31,424 nt of DNA from Lama guanicoe (Eukaryota), in assembly GCA_013239625.1 (NCBI GenBank), contig MU054400.1, forward strand, positions 3,198,282 through 3,229,705, in the 5' to 3' direction. The notes below the pieces were generated by a model. The model worked only from the letters and a program-made list of their open reading frames with translations. It searched no databases and was not told the DNA's origin. The position numbers were made by a program, and so were the translations under genes. Of the stretch, positions 20,170 through 31,424 are shown piece after piece. Every line of letters starts with the position of its first letter. Position 1 is the first letter of the stretch.

Positions 20170-21080
20170 AATATTGTCCAAGAACCTTAACAGACACGTC
20201 ACTAAGGAAGATACACAGATGACAAATAAGCATATGAAAAGACACTCACATCCCATGTCATCAGACAAATGCAAAGTAAAATAATTAAAATTAAAATGTG
20301 TAGAACACATTCTACAATGCCTATCAGAATGGCAAAAATCCAAAATACTGACAACCTCAAATGCTGGCGAGCATGTGGGGCAATAGGCACTTTCATTCAC
20401 TACTGCTGGGAATGCAAAATGGCTGTGCCATTTTGGAGGACAATTTTGGCAGTTTCTTACAAGGCTAAACATACTCTTACCATACGATCCAGCAATCGTG
20501 CTCCTTGGTAATTATCCAAAGGATACGACCACACAAAAAACATGCACACAGATGTTTTTAGCAGCTTTATTCACAACTACCAAAACTTGGAAACAACAAG
20601 ATGTATCTCAGTCGGTGAATACATAAATACACTGGGGTGCCTCCAGACAATGGATGATTATTATTCAGCGCTAAAAAGAAACAAGCTCTCAAGCCATGAA
20701 AAGATATGAAGGAAACTGAAATCCACATTACTAAGTGAAAGAAACCAGTATGAAAAGGCGACACAGTGTATGACTCTGACTATATAACATTTTGGAAAAG
20801 GCAAAACCCTGTAGACAGTAGAAAGATCAGGGGTTGCCAGGGGTTGGGGGAGGAGGAAGGAATGGATAGACAGAACACAAAAGATTTTCAGAGCAATTGA
20901 AACTCCTCTGTGTGATACTATAGTGGTGGATACATGGCATTGTATGTTTGTCTAAACCCACAGAATGTACCACACCAAGAGTGAACCCTAAAATAAGCCA
21001 TATGGACTCGGGGTGATAATAATGTGTCAATGTGGATTCAGCAGTTCTAACAAAAGTACCATTCTGGCGGGAATCCTGGG
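20170..21080 (+). mobile_element. L1MC1/L1MC2-like ORF2 end + 3'UTR
   Basis: 'ccttaacagacacgtcactaaggaagatacacagatgacaaataagcatatgaaaaga' plus the L1MC 3'UTR 'aaacccacagaatgtaccacaccaagagtgaaccctaa...ggtgataataatgtgtcaatgt'. Confidence 0.88.
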
Positions 21081-22364
21081 AGAAAGAATTAATCACAGGA
21101 TAGAAAGTATAAATGGTCCGTTCTCTGCTGACATCGCAGGAATGAGCTACTCTTTCTAAGTTATGCTCAGAATAAAAGCTGTTTTTGTTTTCATTTTATT
21201 ATACTAGATTTGAAAAGAATCTTAAGAAAAAGGAGCACATGGTACCTTGAGCCTGAGCTCTGGCTTGAAACAGCCTTAAGATGTTGAAATCGTAGCAGGG
21301 GCGACAAGCTGGGAAAACTACCATCTCTAACCTAGTTTTCTGAATTGCAGGAAGCAGAGCTTTGAAGGCATGTCCAGTGCGGGTGTTTCTTTCTCTGGAA
21401 GTCAACTCAAATGGGCAGGACATCCCTGCAGACGTCAAGCAGAGGCCAGTCAGACAGTGACAGTGCAGAGGCGAGGGCTCTGTGTGATCACACAGGGGGC
21501 GTGAGCTGCCGGCGCCCATGGTCCTACAGGCTCTCTGATGTCTCTTTCAGATGGATTGATGCCTCACCCTTGCTTGTTTCCTCGCAACTCTCATTTTAAT
21601 TGCTGCTCATAGGAAATCAGGAGTTTGAGAATCAGAAGAGTGCAGGAAGGACAAGGAGGGTGCCTGAGGGAGGACTAAAAAAAAAAAAACCTTGGGTGGG
21701 CTTCCTAGAGCTCGACTTGAATGAAGGGCTAATGATCCGCATATGGTTTTACTTAAGTCTAAACAACCCAGATTCAAGAAAATATTTCAACATGAAAGGA
21801 GCCATGATTTCTTCACAATACATAGGGAGAGAGGGGGTGGAAATAGCTCCCCATTCCTTCCCTCCTTCCTTTTTGTTTATCTTTTTTAAGGATGTGGCAT
21901 TATTGTGATTGTGCTGTGGGGACCACACATTTATGAGCTTGGGTCAGGGTGTCCCAACAGGGACACGAATATTTTTAAATTGTCAATAATCCCAGGAAAA
22001 GGAGGGTCCAAGGGAGACAATTAAGACTTAGAAACCTGACCTTAGAAGGAAGCAAAGGAACAAATTCTTCTTTGAGCCTTATTTTCTTGGTTGTTGAATC
22101 TGAAGCCATGTTTCTGGACTCTTCCAGCCAGTGAAATGAAAATGCCCACCCTATAAGGTGGCTTCCAAAGGAAACAGGAGAGGGGCAGACACTAAAGTCA
22201 CCTGATGGGGCCAGTCAGACCTCGTGGGCTCTGAAAGCCACCGTCCCTCTGGCTGAAGTAGCCAAACCTCCCATCCATTCTCCAGAACCCAAGCCAGGCT
22301 CTAACATTTAAAACGACTTCACTGAAGCCTTGAGAGAAGAACCTTTTATTAGATTGTCTTAGAC

Positions 22365-22539
22365 CAGTGGTGTTCCAAGTGCAGTTCCCAGCTGAGCAGC
22401 ATCACTATCCCCTGAGAATGCGAACTCTTGGGTCCCATCCCATGGTACTGAACCCAGAATTTGGAAGAGGTCTTAGCAATCTATGGTTGACCAAGCCCTC
22501 CAGGTGATCCCAGCGCACACCCAACTACAAGGACCACTA
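22365..22539. mobile_element. MER5A (hAT-Charlie) MITE
   Basis: Termini CAGTGGTGTTCCAAGT ... GGACCACTA; internal 'agcagcatcactatcccctgag', 'cagaatttgg...agcaatctatggttgaccaagccctccaggtgat'. Confidence 0.8.
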
Positions 22540-22627
22540 CATCTTCTGTAAAATCTCACCCAGGTGAGGGGCACCATATTGAAAATCACTGTTAGGGTGT
22601 CCTCATCCTCACTGTGCCTGGTGAGGC

Positions 22628-22952
22628 CAGAGGCATAGTCATTATGCTGCTCACCTAATATTTCTACCTTTCTGCTTTCTGGGCGCATAGTAGGGTCTAT
22701 TTCCTGCCCCCCTTGTGGTTAAATGAGACCAGAAACTTGCCAATGAGTTGTAAAAGGGAGCATTTTATTGTTAGTGTGTGACCCTACAGAGCTTTCTCTT
22801 TCCCTTCATAGTTACGTTCAAGATAGTAGCTGCTCCGTCAGCCTGGATCCCGGAGCCAAGGGACAGAAAAGGGCCCCCCACTTCGGTGCCACAAGCCACT
22901 AACATCTGGTGGCTATTTGTGGCTACAGCACAGCTTATATGATCTGAATAAC
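22628..22952 (+). mobile_element. MLT1I/J-like MaLR LTR
   Basis: 'atttcctgccccccttgtggttaaatgagacca...gccaatgagttgt', 'gctgctccgtcagcctggatcccggag', 'aagccactaacatctggtggctatttgtggctacagcacagctt'. Confidence 0.75.
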
Positions 22953-23109
22953 GGATGTTACCTGAAACTGCGACCACATGTCCTGCCATTTCTGTCAATG
23001 CTCTTATTTCAAATATCCTGTCCCATTTTTAAAACCCAAATCCCAGTTTCTGTGTCGATCATACACAGTTTGTCGATTCGCTCTTCCCTGATGAAATGTG
23101 AAACATACC

Positions 23110-23180
23110 CTTTGTCCCCCGTATGGTCTAACACAGAGTTGGGGACACAGCAGGAACTTAGTATGTTATTTATTTATTCA
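23110..23180 (+). mobile_element. L2 3' terminus
   Basis: 'tgtcccccgtatggtctaacacagagttggggacacagcaggaacttagtatg'. Confidence 0.5.
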
Positions 23181-23702
23181 TCCACCGTAATCCACATCCA
23201 TTTTCAAAGAATATTCTCCCTTTACAGCCTGCGTTTCTGTCTGTAAAAATCTATTTACCACAGGGTCCCCCTCATACTTTCCCCTTCAAATGGTTTCTTT
23301 CCCTCTTGGCAGTACTTAAACCCAGCATTTGAGTTCCTTGCTTTGTTTTAATTATTAACTGTGATTAGATACTCCAAGGGCGCTGGAGCACCCGGGCCAT
23401 TGAACACGTGTAATTTCCCTGATTATTTCCCTGACTCAACCCGGGACAAACAGAAACAAACAACCCAAGTCAGAGAAGGAGTGTTTGTTTTCTCAGCGCG
23501 ATCGCTGTGGATTTACACCTCTTTCCCATCTGCACTAACGAGAATTACATGAGTAATTTCACCAAGTGAACACACCCCTGAAGTCCTTCCAGTGGTTTCT
23601 AAAGTAGCAGTGAGAATTTAAAGCTATTCTAGTGCATGTAACTTAAAAGTCCCAACTACCATGGAGTGTATGCGAGCCTGGACATCTTTCCAGAACCACA
23701 CC

Positions 23703-23825
23703 TTGAGCTCTTGGAGATATGGGATTGGGGCTCATCCCATACTTGAATCCTTGAGGCTTAGCATAGAACCTGGCTCACTGCAAGGGCTCAATACATGTTT
23801 TTTGTTGAATGAATGAATGAATGAA
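23703..23825 (+). mobile_element. L2 3' terminus with (TGAA)n tail
   Basis: 'gcttagcatagaacctggctcactgcaagggctcaatacatgttttttgttgaatgaatgaatgaatgaa'. Confidence 0.8.
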
Positions 23826-24892
23826 ATCAAAGCATTCCTTCTAATTATTCCACTTAGAAGAAACTAAAGACCAAATTTTGGTTAACGACCCCAATGAGAC
23901 AAACAGAGTTACCAAATTTGTACCTTGCTCTGTTCAAGGCTAACTCTTTGTTCAAGACTTTCTACGGAACCATTAAACCCTGAAAATGTGTTCATCTCAA
24001 CCCAGGAACCCTGTTCTGCTAGAATCTTTTCACACATTAACAACCCTGATAAAGACAAACTTGTTTATGTAAACAGATGATGGCCCTGTGACTAGACGGC
24101 TAGGGAGGAACATGTGACAATAATTCTGACAATATTTTTAGTAAATGCTAATGATACTAATTAAACAGACAAATAAAACCAATGAAGAACAGATACCTTA
24201 ATCTAAAAAAGAATGCTGATCGCCCTGTTTCCTTAACTCCACAGTTCATGCCAAGCAGTCAGGTTGTCACAGCATAAAGTGCCCAGTGTTCCCAGTGGCC
24301 ACAGAGATTTCAGGGATTTATCCTGGGATTTTTAAATATTTGATCCCACAGCCCTAAGTAGACCAAAGGGCTCTATTTCCTGGAAGAAGCCCTGACAAAG
24401 GAAACTCTGGGGGAAATGAGATGACCCCTTTCTACAACAACATCTCTTTCTTCGTATCTGTTCCTACATAGAATTAATTCTTTTCTGGGTAGCTGGGATT
24501 TTGAAGTGCGATGAGTCAACTTGCTAACTTGCCCATTAACTTGCTAAAAAATCTTTTCACTGTGCCTTAATTAACGATTTGGTTGAAATACAAGTTTCTA
24601 TTTTCAAATATAATTAATCGTAGAATAGAATAATTTAAACTTTAGTATGAATTAGTTCGTATACCATGCATTTTTTCCTGCATCCTTTGCCCACTCAGAA
24701 TAACAGAATAGTAAGCAACTCAGTGATACTCAACACTTCTTATTCTGTTTCCTATACAGCGTGTGAACAGTTATCATGTTAGAGGCAGTTCAATAGTGAA
24801 GAGAGAAAGCACTTGTCCATGTGATTTTTTTTAATTACGGTTCCATAATTAGATCATCAGAGCCCACCTATTCCTTTGCATTGGACTCTTCT

Positions 24893-25370
24893 GATAAGGA
24901 TTTTTAGTTGCAGCAACAGAAATCAACTCTAGTTGATTTGAAGCAGAAGTAGAATTTATTATAAGAATATTGAGTAGTTCACATAATCACCAAAAGATAA
25001 TGACAGCCAGACTCAAACAGTGTGGGCAGAAGCAACACCTTAAATCAGGGCCAGGAACCTGTGAGGTCACCGCTGCTGGTGACTTCAAGCACCCGACAGG
25101 GCAGCTTATGCCATCAGCCTGCTGGTAGGGGCACTGAAGACCACCACGACCCTCACTGCCACCACTGCCCTGGGAATTCAGTCTTGCTGCTCCGCTACTG
25201 CTACCCAAATGGGTGTTTCTTGGTCTCCACCAGCTCCCATTTCAAAGTCCGGGGCACCTTTTCTGGTGGCCTTGACCTTGAACTTGCCCTGCAGCAGCCA
25301 AGGTGGCTGAGAAAGGCATTCTGGAACCTGACCTGGAAGGCAACTTCTGCTTCCAATGAAGACTCATGAA
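24893..25370 (-). mobile_element. Old MLT1 (MLT1M/N/O-like) MaLR LTR
   Basis: 'ggatttttagttgcagcaacagaaatcaactctagttgatttgaagcagaagtagaatttatt' and 'gccctgcagcagccaaggtggctgagaaagg' are typical antisense MLT1 blocks. Confidence 0.7.
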
Positions 25371-25622
25371 GTAAAGGTAAGTGACACTTTCTTAACAATT
25401 GTGAAAGATTTTAATACCCTCCAAAGTTTAAGTTTTTGCCATGGAATATTCCCATGTTGCTGAGTTTGTTGATAGATCCAAAAATCTGTGTGCATTTACA
25501 ACCAAGTCAAAATAAATGTCATAGAAGTTCATGCTTCCAAATAGCTTGCACTGAGCAAGGCAACTATTATGAATTAGAATGGGGGAGGATGGGAAAGAAT
25601 ATGACCCGATTTTTCCAATATT

Positions 25623-25774
25623 TTTTACTTTTTTTTTTTTTTTTTTTTTTGCAGGGGGAGGTAATTAGGTTTATTTATTTACTTGGTTTCTTTTCAGTGG
25701 AGGTACTGGGGACTGAACCCAGGACCTTGTGCATGCTAAGCATGCACTCTACCACTTGAGCTATACCCTCCCCT
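25623..25774 (-). mobile_element. tRNA-Ala-derived SINE (camelid Vic-1 type)
   Basis: The minus strand reads GGGGAGGGTATAGCTCAAGTGGTAGAGTGCATGCTTAGCATGCACAAGGTCCTGGGTTCAGTCCCCAGTACCTCCA...AAATAAACCTAATTACCTCCCCC plus a long poly(A). 17-bp TSD CCGATTTTTCCAATATT (25606-25622) / CCAATTTTTCTAATATT (25775-25791), 15/17 identical. Confidence 0.92.
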
Positions 25775-26391
25775 CCAATTTTTCTAATATTGAAGAAACC
25801 CCAACATGAGTCGATGAGTTGAAGAACTGACAATCTTTATGGGAAAACAACATACAAGTTACATGCAGAGATGAATGCATTTTCTTTTCCTGAGGTCAGG
25901 ATTCATTGCCTAAACTGATGTATCTACACTGTGGTTTGATTGTTGTGGAATTTCCCTCTGTGTTTAATCTGTTTTATGTTACATTGTTTCAGCAACATCT
26001 GGAGGATACCAGAGTTAATGAACTTCATGGATTATATGCTGTAATGTCTACTCCAACCACATCTTAACATTTGGGATCCATACATCCAGTGGGCAGAGCA
26101 CAGTGAATCAGAAGCTCAGAGGTCATCCTGAGCTCATCACTGCATCGCTGCACCATGGTGGGCAGGCTCAGAACACAAGTTTGAAATGGCTTTGGTAGAG
26201 AAAAGCAAGTTTTAATATTTTCATTCTCTCTTTGTTCCTCTCCGTGTTTCCTTAAATCCTTCCATTTCAGAGCAAGAAGTGCAGATTTAACAAGCCAAGA
26301 GTGATGGCTGAATACCAATCAGGACATCATTGCTTGCCTGGAGACCACGGTCTTGGGAAGTGCCACGTGGAGTCATGTCAACCACGACAAC

Positions 26392-26690
26392 CGAATTTCA
26401 AAATTTAAGCAGACATCCAAAGTCATTTAGACCAGGCACCATATGGGAATGTCCTCTACAACACCCCTGATAACAGTTTATCCCAGCTTCTGCTTGAAAC
26501 CTCTATGGGGTCCAGTGATTACCAGGACTCCGTGGCCGCCTACCACAGCCCACCCCATTGCTGAAGCACGCTTGTCATGTGAAAGTTCTCTCTGCTTATA
26601 AAACCAGATTCCACCTAACAGTCTCACTTCTGCCATGGAGTCAGAAGAACCTCCTAATGACAGTCTTTCAAATATATGGAGATGTATGCC
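26392..26690 (-). mobile_element. L3/CR1 LINE 3' fragment
   Basis: 'ggaatgtcctctacaacacccctga...cccagcttctgcttgaaacctct...gaaagttctctct...atgacagtctttcaaatatatggaga' resembles the antisense L3 (CR1) 3' region. Confidence 0.65.
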
Positions 26691-26709
26691 TGTCATCTTA
26701 TCAAACATC

Positions 26710-27416
26710 AAGTTGTGTCTAGCTCACCTCCTTACCACATCAGGTAACTGTCCATTCTTCTCTATCCCTGCTTCCATTATATCCTCTCCCATGAATTACT
26801 CCCAGTGTCCCAGGACACCTTCCTGCCTCCAGTCTTGCCTCCTGCAATCCATTCTTAATACATTACTCTGAAAAATGTTTCCAACATCAACATCTCCTAC
26901 AGGAAAAAAAAAAAAAACTCAGCTTCTTACTGCCTTCAGGATAAAGCTTAATTTCTAAACCCTGTTAGCCCTTCATTATCTGTTCCTTACTTCTTTCTCC
27001 ACGCCCATCACTCATCATACCTTCCCTTTCACATAATATCTATCAAACTCTGAATTACTTTGAGTTCCTAAACCCATCTTGCTCCCCAACATGGACCTTT
27101 ATACTTGTCCTCTGCCCATAATGCCCACTTCCCCCCATCAACGGGACCAGTCCTGCTCATCTTTTCAGGTTCGTTCCCCACCATCCCCCTCACAGAGCTG
27201 AATCAGGCACCCTTTCCCATGGCACTCTGCTCTTAATCCATACTCTAAATATTAATGCACTGCATTAAGTTCATTTATTCACTTGTCTGTCTCTACCACT
27301 AAAATGTAGCTCCGTGAAGAAGGGCTTCCCACTGCCTTGTTCTCTGCTTTATCCCCCGAGTGCAGCCCAGCCCCTAACATACTGCAGGAACGCCATTATT
27401 CTATGTTGAATGATGA
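26710..27416 (+). mobile_element. L2 LINE, about 700 bp of the 3' region
   Basis: 'cttcctgcctccagtcttgcctcctgcaatccattct', 'ctgccttcaggataaagc', 'ttgtctgtctctaccactaaaatgtagctccgtgaagaaggg', ending 'tgttgaatgatga'. Confidence 0.8.
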
Positions 27417-27657
27417 GTCCAGCTTCTTCTATCTTCCCTCATATGACTTGGCCACTAGATCATTTATGATCCTGGTTTCTCCCTCACCATCATCCCATAT
27501 ATCCTCAGGTTTTTATTAATATTCCACCTAAAATTTGACTCCTGAATTCAGCCTTGATCCTGAGTCAACAGATGGAGGAAGTAACATTAGGAAAGAAATC
27601 TACAATTTTGCATGACCTGCATTTTAGGTACAGATATTCCTCTTTCTGTTCCTCTTA

Positions 27658-27835
27658 CTCTGAGGTCCAGACTCGGGCGGAATCCCAGGATGTGGGATTG
27701 TAATGCGTTGGTGGCTCTGCCAGGCACTCATCGGAGGTTTTGTGTCTCCATATGGGAGTTAACAATAACTGAGCCATCCACTAAATAGCATATGCATTAG
27801 GCAGAACTTAATAGCTATTAATAAAATATTGATGC
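27658..27835 (+). mobile_element. Possible degenerate MIR
   Basis: 'ctctgaggtccagactcgggcggaatcccagg...ccatatgggagttaacaataac'; weak similarity only. Confidence 0.35.
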
Positions 27836-28839
27836 ATTTGTTTATCTGGCCAAATATTTGACAATAGCCTGGACCACCTCCAGGTAGTGACTTCATCTCG
27901 GAATCCTGCGATATGAAAGTCTTTGCTGAGTTGTGCCTTTAGTATACACTTTGTGGGTTATTTTCATCCCAACAATTTTATTATGGAGTGGCTGTCTCAG
28001 ACAGTGGGCCCAGAGAAACCTTTTCATCTTGACGGCTTTGAGGGAATTTATTCAATATATTTAAAGGTTGTTCCCAAAATCTTCCATTCCCCAGCTCTCA
28101 GTTTTAACAAATTTCCTATATATTTTAAGCTTGTGTATACTTCCTGGCCAACCCATTGCATTTAACTCTTCTTAACGTTTCTAATTATTTTTCTCATTAT
28201 TTGATTTTTCTATCTGCCTTCATCATCATTGCACTGAGTCTCATTTCAGTCTGACAGTTCGTTTGATCTGTTCTCATCAGCATTTCTTCTCTGGCTTCTT
28301 AGGGTTCCTGTACATGGTACAACCATTTTCACACCCCTTAAAACCTTTACCCAGCAAAAAGATAAATAAATAAATGCCCCCCACATGCACAAAATTCTGT
28401 GATTAATTAACAACATGCAGAGAAACGTATTCCATTCTTGCAAACAGTCACTGCAGTTTTGTCCTTTATAACATTTACAAATAAACAGACAGAGTATTCA
28501 CTTGATTAATGAATACCCCCGTAGTAATTGGATGAAAGTTATGCCCAGTTGCACCTTGATAAATCTTACCTAAGCAATTTAGAGGATGGAAGGAGAGATG
28601 CATGAATAAAGAAGGAGAAAGAGAGGAAGAGAAAGAGAGACTGACTTTCATTGTATCCAATGAATGAAAAGTTCCAATAAATGAAACTGACATTTCATTT
28701 ATTGATGGTTTAAAACAAGCTTTAAGATGGAGGGATTTTTCTCTTAAAAAACTTTTACTGGACATGCAGGGATGAGAAGGGACTTGAAAGCAACCTTTCT
28801 GAAGAAAGTGCCAGCTGAACAGTTAAAGCAATTCTATAC

Positions 28840-28944
28840 TCTTGGACAAGGAACCTCATCTCTCTGGGCCCAGTTTCCATATCTGCAGAAAGCAAAAGTT
28901 TTTATGAGGTTTCTTCCACTTCCAAAAGCTTATGATTCTATGAC
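28840..28944 (+). mobile_element. MIR3/MIRc-like fragment
   Basis: 'cttggacaaggaacctcatctctctgggcccagtttccatatctgcagaa...ttcttccacttccaaaagcttatgattctatga'. Confidence 0.7.
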
Positions 28945-29287
28945 ATTAAAATTATTCTGGAAATCCAAACTATGTGTGTATAATATATAAAACCATATTT
29001 TATTACAACTGAGGGAAAAGATGTGTAGAAAAGAATGGGGTGGTGGGGGGAGTGAACGTGGCAGAGACTGCAGACAGAGAATCCAAACAAGTGTAATTGT
29101 CACAACCTGGTTTAGTCAGAGGCCGGATAAGCAACGCCTGTGAGCCAGGAACCCAGAAATGGGATGGATTCCCCAGGACAGAACCACCACATCTGACAGG
29201 CAGAGACCATCTGGATAGGTCAACTGGATGAAAACAGTCAACATTTATTGGGCAATTAGTCATTGCTCTTTAAACACATAGAGAGTA

Positions 29288-29380
29288 CGTGTGAGGATCA
29301 AAAGAGTCAGTATTCGTAAAGCACTAGCTCAGTACACAGCACATTGTAAATGCTCCATAAATACCACGTGCTGCTACTGA
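29288..29380 (+). mobile_element. MIR 3' end
   Basis: 'gtgaggatcaaaagagtcagtattcgtaaagcactagctcagtacacagcacattgtaaatgctccataaata'. Confidence 0.7.
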
Positions 29381-30171
29381 CAGTGTCTCTATTTTATACC
29401 AGGTGCATCTCCAGAAATATCATGAGACTCAAATATCATCCTCAGATGTCTTGATCTGTTGCTCAGGCTCAGAGAAGCTGGAAAATCCACTGACCACTGG
29501 AATCTGGAAATTCCTTTTACTTCTTCAGCCTCTCCCAAGATAAGAGTGTTAATTAAAAAGTGGAGACAAGAGGTGAGATGATTCTAAGACACCTTTCTTC
29601 CTTAGCTCCCCAAAGAGCAAGCCCATGGGAGTGAGTGGACGCAAATGCTAAGAGGGGGTGGCCTGGGTGGCTCTTGAAGGGAACTGAAGTGACATATACT
29701 AGAGGGCTTCCTGGGACAATCCAGAGAAGAGATCTAAGGCCTGAAGTCCCACAGGAGGTAAAAGGCTGTTCTGAGACTAAGGTGACCTGGGAATTCTCAC
29801 TGGTCCTGCCCCGTTTGCACTCGTGGGAAGTGTATTCCATAGTGTCCCTTGCCGACGTGATGAGTGCTTGGAAGGAAAGTCAAGTGAGCAGGAGTGGCCC
29901 TTCCTGGACCTCTGAAGTTAACATTTCCCAGGTGCACTATATTCCAGTGACCAGAACAGCTCGTGGGACACACAGGCTGGGAGGGTCCTTGCATGGAAGC
30001 AATATTCATCTTGTTAAGTTACACTATATTCACAAATGTCCTAAGGAAGCTTGGTTTTCTTAAAGATAAGATCAGTGATTCAGTGAAGTGAATGAGCCTC
30101 TTATGCAGTGAGAACACGATCTGTTTCATCTTTTGGATCTATTGGTATGAGTCTGGATTTTCATGTATTGG

Positions 30172-30201
30172 TTTTTTTGTTTGTTTGTTTGCTTGTTTTT
30201 T
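30172..30201 (+). repeat. Short (GTTT)n repeat
   Basis: Reads gtttttttgtttgtttgtttgcttgttttt. Confidence 0.8.
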
Positions 30202-30379
30202 ATGGCAGGATGCAGCTCTCCTGTAGTCGCTTTGTAAAAGATGTCTTCAAAATTTAATGTGCACTTAGATGTTAAGAATATTTGTGATCTTCGGCACAGG
30301 TGGCAACCTCATTAACACAAGAAGTATTCCCATTAGCTTCAGCTATTCACATAAGCAGACAAAACGTGTCTGTATATGT

Positions 30380-30756
30380 ATTTAACAGCACAGACTATTA
30401 TAACAAAGAATCCTAGCTTTTCAGTGGCTTAACACAATTTTGAAAGTTTATTTCTTGCTCATGACTCAGTTTGAAATGAGGTTTTCAACCAAGCAATGAC
30501 TCAGGAATCCAGGATGCTTTCTTCCTGTGGCTGAGATTCCACGGGGAGGGGAATGAGGACGAAGAATATGCACCCAGTATTAACACCTCAGGTGGGAATG
30601 GTGTGTCTCACTGTCGATCACATGCTTTGGAGAAGAATCAATCACAATGACCCTACCTAGATGCAAGGAGGGGAGAGGGGAAATGTATTCTTCAGCTAAG
30701 CAGCCACTTGAAAGGAAAAAGTGACACTTGTAGGTCAGCTATCTGTCTTTGTCACA
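30380..30756 (-). mobile_element. MLT1J/K-like MaLR LTR
   Basis: 'ataacaaagaatcc...tcagtggcttaacacaa...aagtttatttcttgctca', 'tcacaatgaccctacctagatgcaaggaggggagaggggaaatgta', ending 'tctttgtcaca'. Confidence 0.78.
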
Positions 30757-31424
30757 GTTGTCCATAAGCAAGGACTCTCTCAGAGTAAGTTTTCTCCATG
30801 AAAGAGATGTGGGAACATCAACATCACTCAAAAACTGACAGAAATAGACAGAGAATATAAAAAACAGGTGTGACTGGAGAACCACTCCTCATATACGTAT
30901 AAACATTAGGCATATTTTTGGTTTTATGACTGCATATATAATTTTTTGACTTTGAACCACCAACCCAGGACAATTTGCTTTACTCTATTCCAGTGTTAAA
31001 CTGAGCCTTGTAATTGTTTAATCTGCTTATTAAAATCTCAGTCACTGATCACAATTCCAAGCTTTCCAGCTCTCAGTCTCCCATCACAAGCCCCTTCTTC
31101 AACTTTCCCTTGTATCTATATTTTCAGACTGCATCACACTTACCTTTCCATGGGAAGAGGGCAAAGAGATGGTGGGACACCTGCTTGCATGGCAGTTATG
31201 ATGCAGGAACAGAAAGATACAAGAAAGAAGCTTTCAGAGATCAAAATGGGGGGGGGATTGAAATTAAAAGTATGTGAGCAGAGGAGAAAAAATATCAATG
31301 GAAAGTTTTGGAGGTAAAATTGAGAAAACCTCCTAGCACTCAAGTAAAAAGACAAATGTAGAAAATAAGAACAAAAAGTTAACAAAAGTGGAAGATCACT
31401 AGTTGAGAATTCGAAACACCTGAT

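Noticed and set aside
21915..22020. Possible MER81/MER94-like hAT MITE (GGGAC/GTCCC motifs)
   Set aside because: Terminal inverted repeats are not identifiable; similarity too weak to call.
25729..25747. 19-bp near-perfect palindrome GTGCATGCT-A-AGCATGCAC
   Set aside because: It is the anticodon-arm region of the SINE head, not an independent element.
29635..30063. Longest ORF in the window (142 aa)
   Set aside because: It has a GTG start, no recognisable domain and no convincing flanking splice sites; the length is within chance expectation for six frames of 31 kb.
1..31424. Remaining 60-124 aa ORFs and the idea of a novel multi-gene system
   Set aside because: Many start at non-ATG codons, overlap repeats or low-complexity DNA, and show no recognisable homology or gene-like organisation.

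Overview
This is non-coding mammalian nuclear DNA (intergenic or deep intronic), most likely from a camelid. Two tRNA-Ala(AGC)-derived SINEs (17505-17633 +, 25623-25774 -) have the head and 'AAATAAACCTAATTACC' tail I recognise as the camelid Vic-1-type SINE. I found no protein-coding gene, genuine tRNA/rRNA, CRISPR array or prokaryotic system; the only ORFs with recognisable homology are frameshifted L1 ORF2 remnants. Younger insertions with readable target-site duplications (TSDs) are a 968-bp 5'-truncated L1, a 175-bp L1 tail, two SINEs and an ERV1 solo LTR. There is also a MER41-like ERV1 LTR and many old eutherian elements (MIR, L2, L3/CR1, MLT1, MLT2, MER2/Tigger2, MER5A, MER102, L1M). 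The most interesting observation is the MER41-like LTR (13378-13960). It lacks the tandem STAT1/GAS sites of primate MER41B but carries two Ets-IRF composite elements, a PU.1-type site, an RFX X-box and a YY1 core, so it is a candidate immune-cell enhancer with altered motif content. Other leads are motif-level only: a heat-shock element, a GNRA-capped hairpin and several candidate enhancers. Repeat family names come from remembered consensus sequences and need RepeatMasker/Dfam confirmation, and boundaries of old elements are approximate. The sequence alone does not support a new biological system here.
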